From: Marsupella aquatica
Lineage: Eukaryota; Plantae; Marchantiophyta
Reading direction: 5' to 3'
DNA length: 64,000 nt
Assembly: GCA_973895155.1 (NCBI GenBank)
Contig: OZ316899.1
Span: 2,625,455 to 2,689,454 of the forward strand
Shown: piece by piece, positions 49,160 through 59,640 of the stretch
Layout: every line of letters starts with the position of its first letter
How positions within the stretch are numbered: position 1 is the first letter of the stretch
Notes under the pieces: generated by a model
Seen by the model: the letters and a program-made list of their open reading frames with translations, nothing else
Databases searched by the model: none
Told to the model about the DNA's origin: nothing
Made by a program: the position numbers and the translations under genes

Positions 49160-52100
49160 CACTAGTAGAAACCGGGGCAATTTAGACCATACCTTATAGG
49201 ACTAAGCCCACTAAGCCCTTTTTCCATACTTAAAACAACTCATACCCATTGCACCGGTTTTGTTGAAGACTACAAAAGACTATTAGTGTTTTATGGTTCA
49301 CTAAAAGACTATGAAAAGTAACCTTGCTACTTTGTGAAGGATGAATAGTCTAGCACATCATGGGTAATGACCACTTATGCTGAGGAGGGGTAATTCTATA
49401 AAGAGGGTGATAGCAAGGGGCAAAAATCATTAAATGGCCTTATTTTGTGACCAAAAAGATTTTGGGTTTAATGAAGTGAGGTTCATGGAGGGTGGACTAC
49501 AGAGGGATGGTCAACATATTCTTGGCCATTACTAAATCCATCTATAAAAGGCCGAGATGCACAAAGGTAGATTTGTACCGGTCTCAAGGGGGTGTGGGTC
49601 AGTAAAGGGGCACGTCCAGCCGAAGAACACTCGATTGAAATAGTGACGCAACGGTTTAGGGTAAAGGAACATGGACCGTGAACCCTAACTTGTTTGCTGC
49701 CTTGGGAGGATCTTGAGAGCCAGAGCTTGCAAGCGGCGCTCTAAATGGATGACCCTGGCATTGCAAACATAGTGTGGCCACAGTCGAGTTGTCCTAAGCA
49801 CATTAGGGGGTTTATATGTCAAGGCTAGGGGGTGGCTGGGTTTTCACTAAAGGGGGTTAAGGGGGGGTTTGATGTGAAGGGTCGGGGGTTGCATGTTAAG
49901 GGGATGGGGGTTTAGGGACCATTGGATCGTTGGCATCCATCCCCACCATCAAAAAATTGCCCGTTCCCGCGTCCTGTTCCCCCTTCCCGTTGTTGGAATG
50001 GCATGTCGTCCCTTCCTTTGGTCCCGATCCTTTGGTTTCCCGATACTTTGGTTGCCTGGCGCTAGGGACTTTGTTTTCTGCCTCAATGTTTCCTCGTTCT
50101 TTTGTGACAGCTTTGAGGTTGTTTGAGTAGAGTCCATCGTTCACTGTCAATGTTGTCGCTGCCCGCCCCGTTGCTGTGTGTTCGATTGAAGTTGCTTCGG
50201 CAGAGGTGATCGCTCCTGCTGTAGAAGGCATTGAACGAGAGGGAGCAAGCTTGCTGGTATTGCGGAAGGTGATTGCAACTCTTTGCGAAAGGTGATTAGT
50301 GTGGATGTGAAGGGAGGTGATTGCTTTGTTCGATCTATAAGGTGGACTGCGAAGCTCACAGAGGTAGTGAAACTTTAGTCGCGGCGCGGACTAAAGTGAA
50401 GCTTGGGAGCTTAGAGTGGGCCAACGCCAGCTGAATATAGTGCAGGAGTTGTGTCGCAAAGGTGAGAGCTTATGGAATTAGGGTTTTGGTAGTGTCCGAG
50501 CAGGTTTTGTTTGAGCGTTGGCAACTAGAAGATAAGCTCGGGGTTTTACAAAGGGTAATGTTGTTGGTGTTGCGGACTTTCCCTCCTGCGTGTCTTCATT
50601 TGCAGCTTGTTTGTGGATTGCAACGATTGCACTTACTGTGATTGACCACCTTGCATGATCTCCATCCGTGGGCTGGACCCCAAGAAGTAGATTTTGGCGG
50701 CTACTTGCAGAAGGGATTGAAGAGATTGGAGTGCTTGCTCTCTTTGTCCCTCCCCTTGAAATTGTGGGCCTTAAAAAGGTTAGTTGGCTTTGTAGTTTTT
50801 CTCCCCTCCGCTATGTCAATGTGCGCATGTCCGCTATGTCAATGCGCATTTTTTCCCTCCGCTATGTCAGTCGCCGTTTGCCTATAACCGGACTGCTCAT
50901 TTGATGTCCTCTCGTTTGATGTAATGCTTCCTGTTGCCATTGCTGAAGGTTTGATGTCCAGATTTCTTGCCAAACAAAAGTCCCCATGTTTGCAGTGTCT
51001 ATCCTAGTCTCTTGGGCAGTGCTCGGCGTAGTGCCCATGATTCGATAGGGAACTGATTCATGAACTGTGACTACTTTTATGCTCTGCCGTGTGAATATGT
51101 TGGCATTTGCTGCACTTGGTGTTGACAGTTTTTGTTAAAACTTCAATTTAAGTACGTGGGAGACAGACGGGAAGCCGGACGGGGAGGCAGAAGTGCACGG
51201 GAGACAGACGGGGAGACAGGAGGTAGCGAGCTATTGATTTGCGCCTTACATGACACCGCCCAACATTCACCTGCTACAATGACTCATCTTGGTGCGCTTT
51301 GAGAATCTCCGTGCTACAAGGTGAGACTCTTTCCTAGTCGTGAACTTATATATGCCCTCTCATAGTCTCATTTAATATTGAGGAATGACTATATATGCTT
51401 TCGTGACATGGCTCATCTGTCCATTTTTTACAGCGTGATTGACGTCAGCTATGGCTTAGTCCACCTTCTTGTAACAAAGCAGGCGGTGATTGGACCAGAC
51501 CGTGTAGTTGGAGCTGCCCCTATCCAGCTGAAGGAGCGTCAAGCACTCTAAGGCAAGAGTTTCTCCTGCATTGTTACCTGGTTACACGGTTACTCTAAGG
51601 CAAGAGTTTCTCCTGCATTGACAACTTTCCCATGTCACCTTCAATCAGTTTTCCTTTGCACCTTGGCTTGATCATTTCAAAAAACCTGTCACATTGAGCA
51701 CAAAATCTATCGCCTTTCAGCCTTTTAGCTTTTCTTCGGACTGTCACATAGCGAGTCGGTCGTGCTACCGGAAGTACTACCACTTTTACTATACGGTTCA
51801 TCTCAGTGCCTTTTATGGAATGCTTTCTTGTTCTTCTACTCGGCATGGCATCATCCTGATTGCCCGTCGTTGTGACCAGCAACGGAAAGCGTAGACTCGC
51901 ATTTGGATTCAGAGTCTAATCCAGAGTGGAAGGCTCTGAGCAAACCATAATAGGAAGCCTGCCTGATTCTCTAGCCGATCCGACAGAGAGCCATCCTTGC
52001 AGAACCTGTTTGAGTGTGTTCCCAGTGTTCTAGTGTTCAGCTTTCGAGTGGGTTTTGTTATGATTTGATTTGGTGATTGTTTTGGAGTTGTAGCCGTGGT

Positions 52101-53618
52101 CAAACGCATGTCTATTAAAAACAAATTCATGGAGCTCAGGTTGTTGTTGTATATAAAGCGCAGCAAGGTCCAGAACTGCCTGCAGTCCCAGCAAATCATA
52201 CATGCTAAATCACAGGATAGGAGATCAAGAAGTTTTCACAGTTTCTCATTTTTGTAGAATCTGAGATGTTGTTGGCCCAAGAGATGAGTTTCCCTTAAGA
52301 GTCAGGGATGTCAGCAGTGTGGGCCATGTAATACAGTTGAGAATGATGGCAAGTATAATTTGTTAATGGGTCCAATGCCATGTTTGTGAGCTATTGAGTT
52401 GGATAGGAGAAAAAAACCAAAACATTGTCGCAACTGCTTCCAGAACAATCATTCATGGTTAGACTAAGCTCGGATGAATACCCCTTGCTTGCATGGGGCG
52501 GACACAATGCGGAATAGGCTATCATGGAGTTATCAAATGGATCTTCAGTTTTCATGATAAATGTCCTATGTGTAGATTTCAGAATTAGAACAAAACTACT
52601 CTTAAGAATACTGTACTTAGCGATTCTTCTTTTCTTGTGAAGACATTGCCGCAAATGTTTCCTTGAGCTCCTGTCATACCAGTGTTTCCCATGCCGTTTT
52701 CAGCAACTACTGACGGAGTTGGCACCGTAAGTTAAAATTTATAGGTCTCATTACTTCAATCCAAAATTCTATGTAAAAAGACATGAACTAGCCTTTGTGC
52801 TTAATTGCTATATTCTATCTGACTTGATTTGATTTCACTGCTGCCTGAAATTTGTATTTCTTGCTTGAGTCCCAGTTTGCTGGAGTTTTGTTGCTCTCTG
52901 TGCTATGTTGTGCACATTGTTGTCTTTGCTTTGTTTGCTCTGATCAGTCTTAGCCTGCTGCAGACAAGATAGGCAATGAAACCTGTCTGTTCAATTTAAA
53001 ACTTGAGAACCAATGCTTTGCTGAAAGTCAATTGTTATTTGTTCTGTGTTGCCCCTACAGATTTTAAAAAGGCAGGGTGAGCGACCCTGCTGGATAGCAA
53101 GCGAAGGGTGTGTGCTGCATTTTGATCTGGACAACCAAGTGTAGAGTTGACTCTTTCTGAATGTTGTAGTCTGTTTTGCCTTGAACTGGGCCATGGATGA
53201 ATTGAGCTGGTGAACAGTTTTTTTCTTTCCCATCTTCCTGAAGCTTTGTCTGCTTTCTGCCTCCTCAGTGGAGGTTCACTTGCACAACACAACAACCAGT
53301 GAGTTCTCTCTTTGCTGCAACCTGCAAGGTGAGACTTTCGATCTGCCTGGATGAAAAAACAGGATCCAATTTATATGATTTATGTACATGTCCATGGTGA
53401 ACATGGTTTTATATACATGCTCTTTGTCTTGGGAACTCAGCATCAAATATGTACTATGCACTTTGCATGCTATGTGTATACTGTGACCTGTCGTTGGAAC
53501 CAATTTAGTGAGTGGGAACTGATAAGTGCAGGTTGGTTGTTGTGGGCAAGGCAAGTCGACCTCCTACTCACCTTGCTCATCAAAGGACGTGAATAGAGGA
53601 CATCACAACAAAAGCAAC

Positions 53619-54068
53619 ATGGTGAGGACCCGCAACGCTGAACATGTGCGGCTTGCACGCAAGGCAAAGATGTTGCACCTTGAGTATGTCAGACTGGGGA
53701 TCCTTCCAGCCCAGTCTGCATGGTACTTTGAGTACCCTGTTCTTGCCAGGAACAACTACAGCCGGCCTCTACCTGCTTCAGTACCCTTCCCGACATCCTT
53801 GGTATTTGTGTCTCTTGTACATGACCCACCACAAATTAGGTGCCAAGGGTGTGTGCATAGTTGCCAATATGACTGTCCTGCCTGTAGCGCTTCTGGCCCA
53901 AAGTTGGATGATCGTTCTCTTGGATGTCGGTTTTTGCATAGAGCACAATGTATCATCTGGAACCACTCGCCATCCTGCAGTGTGCCTGGCGATGTCACTT
54001 GTCCTGCCCTCCCAGACCCCACCACCGGTGACTTTGGTGTCTACACATGTTTGGATCACACGCTCTAG
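53619..54068 (+). CDS. Small Cys-rich protein (CACTA-3 cargo)
   Basis: Intact 149-aa ORF MVRTRNA..RCQGCVHSCQYDCPAC..GCRFLHRAQC, downstream of a splice acceptor at ~53531. Confidence 0.5.
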   Translation: MVRTRNAEHVRLARKAKMLHLEYVRLGILPAQSAWYFEYPVLARNNYSRPLPASVPFPTSLVFVSLVHDPPQIRCQGCVHSCQYDCPACSASGPKLDDRSLGCRFLHRAQCIIWNHSPSCSVPGDVTCPALPDPTTGDFGVYTCLDHTL

Positions 54069-54726
54069 AGGACCACTTGTCACACCGCATGCACAGACCA
54101 GAGACCATTGACCTATAACTTAACACTCTGACTTGAACAGAGAGGATATTTACTTAAAATTTTGAATTATGAGCAATTTTGGGTCCAGGGTTTAGGGTCA
54201 ACAGTACATAACTTATCCTATTATGGTTGCACTAAGTCGAATATCCTAATTTAAGAGGCTAGCAAGCTCACTTTAAAGTCTCCTTTCAAAGACTGGAATT
54301 AATGGGCCATGTGATAACCTGGAAAAAGTGATTTATGCCTAACTTATTTGTCTTATTCACTATTTAGGATGTATAAATCACAACCCTGATAACACTGCTT
54401 GATACCAATCCTATTCGAAAAATGCCTATTTTACATGTCACGACTATTGTATGTGATTCAAGTGCATTAAATCTTGTTGCAGATCTCCTTTAGTGAATCA
54501 TAGCCACAAAATTGAGGTGAAGGTGGAGCTATTGTACTAGGGGATCAGTTTTCATTGTGGGCTTAACAAAACCAAAAAGTATGTCTACTCTGCATCTATG
54601 TGTGATCATTTCATTGCAGTAGCAATTGCCACTCTAGTCTATATGCTACAGTGTACTTTTTGTACACTGCTAAATTGTATTGTCTGTGCACTCTGCTAAA
54701 TTGTACTATCTGTCTCATGCGTAGGC

Positions 54727-55406
54727 ATGGCACGCCCTAAAATCCAAGCCAAGAAGCAGGGGACAAAGGTGAGCAACACAGGTGTAGTTGGGCCAAATGG
54801 TAGTAACTTCTCCGTGCGTCAGATTTTCCAAAAGGCAGCTCATTATTGTGCCATTTGTGACGATGGTGGGGGCTTAGCCATATGTGAGGGCCCTTGCATG
54901 AGGCATTTCCACCTCAACCCAGAGTCTAACCTTGCTGCAGAAAACAACTGTCCAGGGGTGGGCCTCCCGTCAGCACACCAAGGAGGCTGGATGTGCACTG
55001 ATTGTTTGGAGAAGCAGGCTAAGTGTGCACAGTGTGGGATGTTGGGGTCTTATGAGGGCTCTGTTGATGCTCCACCACTTGTTAGGAAATGCCCTGACAG
55101 ATATTGTGTGAGGTTCTTTTGTTTTTCATGTTTGCCCGATCTGCCACAGCTTGCCCACTTCATAAGTGCAAGGCATGTGGTCAGCACGATGAAGATTTCT
55201 GGGTGGACATAGTCCACTATGTTAGGTGTCCCACCATGTGGCACTTTCATTGTTTGAAGGAGTGTCAAGCAGAAGGCTATGCTTGTGACAGACACATCTA
55301 TCATCACTCTGCACATGGTGTTGATCGATGGATCTTCTATTGTCATCGCCATGCCATAGATCCTACTTTGCACACTCCCATGAGAGATCACATTTCTTGG
55401 CTTTGA
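54727..55406 (+). pseudogene. EDM2/NSD-type triple-PHD protein (CACTA-3 cargo)
   Basis: MARPKIQAKK..CAICDDGGGLAICEGPCMRHFH..WMCTDC..CAQCGMLGS..(fs ~55137)..CPLHKCKAC..RCPTMWHFHCL..FYCHRHAIDPTLHTPMRDHISWL*. Confidence 0.9.
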
Positions 55407-56003
55407 ACCTGAATAATGTATATGCATAGTGCACCTGATGTGGATACCTTGGAGATTGCAGACATTCCAATTTTGAGAAGAAGGACCTTTGTAGGAGAGG
55501 ATGCTTAGGCAACAAGTACCCTAAGTTCATTACTTGTTCCTGGGTACATGCCTTCAAAAACTCCCCTTAAGCCTTCTAGGAACTATTTTAACTCTGCAAT
55601 CATTTTGATCACGACTTACATGACACTGCTTAAATTAAATCAGGACTTCTCATTATGAGCATATAAGTTACAAGGCTATTTAATTTGCGAGAATGCGTAG
55701 AAGTGTACCAACATTTTGAATTCTCATTGAATGTCTGCCCATTTACAACATCTGTATGTGGCATCACAAAACAATTGCACTTGTCACCTTCAATATTGTG
55801 AAGGCACATATTCAACCTATGAGGTGCATCCTTGCAGGTGTCTAGTACGTTTGTCCCAATATTTCTCCCGTTTGGAATCGGAGCAGAGACTCACCAAACG
55901 ACAGGACTGGACCAAGTTATAAACGCAGCATTTTAGGGGCCCTTCGATTATCAGGTGAACACATTATCTTCCGGTCTGTAGTGATTAGGTGGGGTGTGTG
56001 TAC

Positions 56004-56852
56004 ATGGCCTCTAGGAAACGTACGCATGTTGACCACCCGCCTCTGTTGGCTGGAATCAAAGCCATTTTGATTCCTGGCCACTATGGGTTCACCCAAGTGA
56101 GTTGGCCAATCGTACAAAAACGATTCTCAGAGTTCCATGGGACTGAAGTCAAGGACATCACTCCACAGACTACACATGTTGTTGCGGGGACATGGCTGGA
56201 TGTGATGAACAAGTGGTCGTGGTCCTTCATTGATTCTGCCATTACCAACCAAGGTCTAAAAGTAGTTGAAGTCTCTTGGCTGACCGATTCTGTTAAACAT
56301 AGGTGTGTACAGAGTACTGAGCAATATGAGTTGTGGGAGAGTGAGGAGGGCACTGCAGAGGCTTTGGCTGAAAAGGAAGCCTATGAAGCAACGGCAGAGA
56401 AACCCAACTTTGCTTCTGTCCAATATGGACCTGTTGTCAACATAGGACACCATCCTATGCGTGCAGATGCTATATTGAATGAGCATGGCAAGGAGAGAAT
56501 TACCATTATGAAGGGGTTCAGTGTGGTATTTGCAGAAGAGGGAATTGGGGAGACTAAGTGCAGACTATACAAGTCCATAGTTGTTGAGCTAGGTGGGACA
56601 GTGGAGGAGAGTCTAACAGAAACCTCCACTCATGTTGTAGGTCTGTCATACATGAAAATATGCAGAAAATTCTTTAAGACAATAGTGCGTCATTTTGTCA
56701 TGAACAACAATCTTTGGGTGCTTTCCCTTGATTGGCTTCTGGAATCAGCAGCGAGAGGGAAGCGACAGAATGCTTGGGACTTTGATATTTTTGAGGCCTG
56801 GCCCTCCAAGATTCAGCGGAGATGTATGCTTAGCAATGGTGGGAGAGAGTGA
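56004..56852 (+). CDS. Intact tandem-BRCT protein
   Basis: Two repeats ending TTHVVA..VVEVSWLTDSV and GGTVEESLTETSTHVVG..VLSLDWLLESA; 282 aa with no stops. Confidence 0.85.
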   Translation: MASRKRTHVDHPPLLAGIKAILIPGHYGFTQVSWPIVQKRFSEFHGTEVKDITPQTTHVVAGTWLDVMNKWSWSFIDSAITNQGLKVVEVSWLTDSVKHRCVQSTEQYELWESEEGTAEALAEKEAYEATAEKPNFASVQYGPVVNIGHHPMRADAILNEHGKERITIMKGFSVVFAEEGIGETKCRLYKSIVVELGGTVEESLTETSTHVVGLSYMKICRKFFKTIVRHFVMNNNLWVLSLDWLLESAARGKRQNAWDFDIFEAWPSKIQRRCMLSNGGRE

Positions 56853-56992
56853 GGAGTAGGAGTCCCTCATATTTTTGTATAAATCACAATTTTGTAATAA
56901 ATGTGATCCTTGAACTAACTCATCTTGTCATGGTTGGTCGCAGTTGAAGTGATTGTTGTTTCCTATTGCGTGGGGTGTGACTGTGAATCTAC

Positions 56993-59310
56993 TTGTTGGG
57001 CTCTGTTTGGCTGAAGACTTTGGTGGGTATGCTACCTCTTCCAGACCGACAGGCCCTATGTAGGGTCCTCCTACGGGTTGCATCGTGCATGGCTACTGCT
57101 TGGGCTTACATGTGTGGATTGGTAACCAGACAGAGTGTAGCTCCATCCGAGATAATGCCTGCAGACCTTGGATGTGTTGTGAATGCTGTGGTGAATGAGG
57201 ATGCACAGTCCAAAGAGGACATTTACTTTTCAGCAGATGAGTTAGACAAGCACGATGTTGTAGGTGGTTCCTTGTTGCCTGATTTGGCAGATGATATAGT
57301 TCTTACACATGTCTGGCCGAGGGTTCTTGTGGTGTCTGGCGCACAATGTAGTATCACACTAGGGACATAAATGAACATTTAAGATCCAAAACTCGGTATT
57401 CGTTCCCATGGAAGAACATGAAAGGAATGATTTTCTATGATTTAGCACTTATAAATGAATAAAGTAACAAAAACACAAAGTTGAGCCTTTTACTATGGTT
57501 TCTCATCAAGGCATAGTTTTAAATGTCTGTTTGACATTAAAAATAAAATTAACAAATGGAAAAAATTAATAAAACACAATGAAAACCTTGAGGTATGGTG
57601 AGGGAGTTAGGAAACAACCAAGGTGACTCCTCAACATAACTTCATTTGATATGATTTAGGTGGTATATCCGCAAGAACATTTCTGGAAAGGATTATGGTA
57701 CTAGGATGGTTACTAAAATTCCGTCAACATGTCTCAACTTTTCCTTCCAAGGTACTGAGTGGAGACTAGTAATCAATGACTTCTGTATCCAATCGATACT
57801 TTGTGTCACAAATAAGAGACACCATCATAATCAAATTTGAAGCCATAAGTAATTGGTAAGTAACAATCTTTGCATCCCGTGCACAAGCAATGTCACGCCA
57901 AAAACTATGCATCAAGAACTAAGGAATATGTGAAACATCACCAACAAGGAATCTATTTCCACATACTCAAAAGATTTAACAATCACAATAATTTTACTTC
58001 AAGGGTCCAAACTTCTCATTCATTTAGACTTGAAGGGGGAAGAATTCCTTTGTATTAAGTACTCATATGCAATGGAGTGCTTGCTACAAATGGAGATAAC
58101 AAAGTTGCAATCTTGCAACTAAGCGCTCATGAAATTTCTTCACACTAAAAGTGACATAAATTCAACTACATATAGGGTGGCAGGAACTAAAGAGAAAAGA
58201 GATAATGAAAGGACATGCCCTTTCATATCTTAAGGGTGATAAACTAAAGTAAAAAGTATGAAAATATGCTATAAGAGTATTCAAGGTTCACTAGAATGTT
58301 GCTGGAATGAAAAACTAACCAAAAAGTTATCCCAAGTGTAAACTGGAGTAAAAGTGTTTTTTGCATTTTTGTGGTAAAACTAATAAATAGTGAGTTTATT
58401 GGAATTTTAATTTCTAACATAAAAGTCAAATGGGGTGAAAACTTTCCTAGGTGGAATATTTATATAAATGCTACATGCTGGCAAAATTGTAGACTTTTTT
58501 GAGGTGTCTAAGTGCCTTAATAAAATCGGTGAAAAGTGTTGTTGGATAAAAAATACACTATTCCGGAAAAATTTCTAAGTGTCGGAAACGCCGTTGCGCC
58601 TTTGCGCACTCACGCTACTGGAAAACTAAAAATGCTATAACTTCTAAACTACATGTTGGTTTTGGCCGATACTTTCAGGGTATGGTCTGCTACATAAGGG
58701 CTATCTCTTGAAAAAGTACGAGACTTTCCTAACTACTTTAACTATTTAACTAAAATTGCAGAGATCGGCTGATCTTAACTATTGTCGTAGGAGAACTAAT
58801 CTTGTTGGAGTAGTGTTGTCTGATCTGGTTGCTGAACTCTTGTGTAGGTATTCTCTTGCATAGCTTCTTGAATTACATCCATGTCTTGAGTGTGATGCCG
58901 ATGAAAGGTAAAGACTTCCGCTGTCGTTCAATATCCAGAACAGGAAGTAGTTTCCGGTGTAGCATGACATTAGGTAAAGTGTTCAGTTGATCTAAATTGC
59001 TACAAAAAGTAACTATACTGCACCTTTGAGTTAGAAAAAGTTCAAAATTTATAATTTTCTATCATTTCTAACTAATGTACTGTATTACACACAAGATATC
59101 TGCAAATATAGACTAATTAGTACCCAGTGGAGGGACTTGGTAGCAACATGTGCACCGTGGAGGGCACTGCTACCACTACTTGTAGGCACGGATTGAAGAC
59201 CACCATGGCATGAGCAGGGTTTAGACCTTGATGACTTAATGTACATGCCTGAGTACCTCAGGGCTGAGTGGCATCGACAACAGGATTGGTATCCGTATTT
59301 GATGTGGCAG
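56993..59310 (+). pseudogene. F-box-like gene split by solo-LTR-like unit E
   Basis: EDIYFSADE..LADDIVLTHVWPRVL..GAQ | insertion | DICKYRLISTQWRDLV; matches 26434-26958. Confidence 0.75.
57347..59089. mobile_element. Solo-LTR-like unit E (1743 bp, AT-rich)
   Basis: TSD CACAA at 57342-57346 and 59090-59094; termini TGTAGTA...TATTACA. Confidence 0.8.
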
Positions 59311-59640
59311 TAAGATGAGGACATCTCACACCGGTCTCGCACCTGGCACCTGTGTCTATGACTATACATGATTGGACTCTGATATGGTCATGGATGTACG
59401 TGTAGAGGCAGTACATGTGAGGACACCGGAGGAGTTGACACCCTCAAACATTTAGGAATTTTGTCTCATTCACTTGAGAATAGTACATGACTCGGGCACC
59501 TATATTTTTTGATTTTTTGTTTTTTTGGAACGTTGTGCTACGTCTTTTGGCAAGTACAGTCGGGGGTGAAATCCTTAACAGGGAGTGTATTTTTCACTTG
59601 CATAATAAAATGACAGGGCGCTGAGTGCGTGTGTATAGTG

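Noticed and set aside
49893-50904. ORFs in the CACTA-3 5' region
   Set aside because: Low-complexity promoter/UTR-like sequence with short direct repeats and no domain.
51547-51621. Local 28-bp duplication (similar micro-duplications at 4211-4345)
   Set aside because: Ordinary slippage-type duplications with no further structure.
51595-52654. Minus-strand fragments with CxxC motifs
   Set aside because: Could not be joined into a coherent gene or assigned to a family.
54727-55406. Host EDM2 gene
   Set aside because: Only the PHD cassette is present, it ends at a stop, and it lies inside a CACTA, so no gene symbol was assigned.
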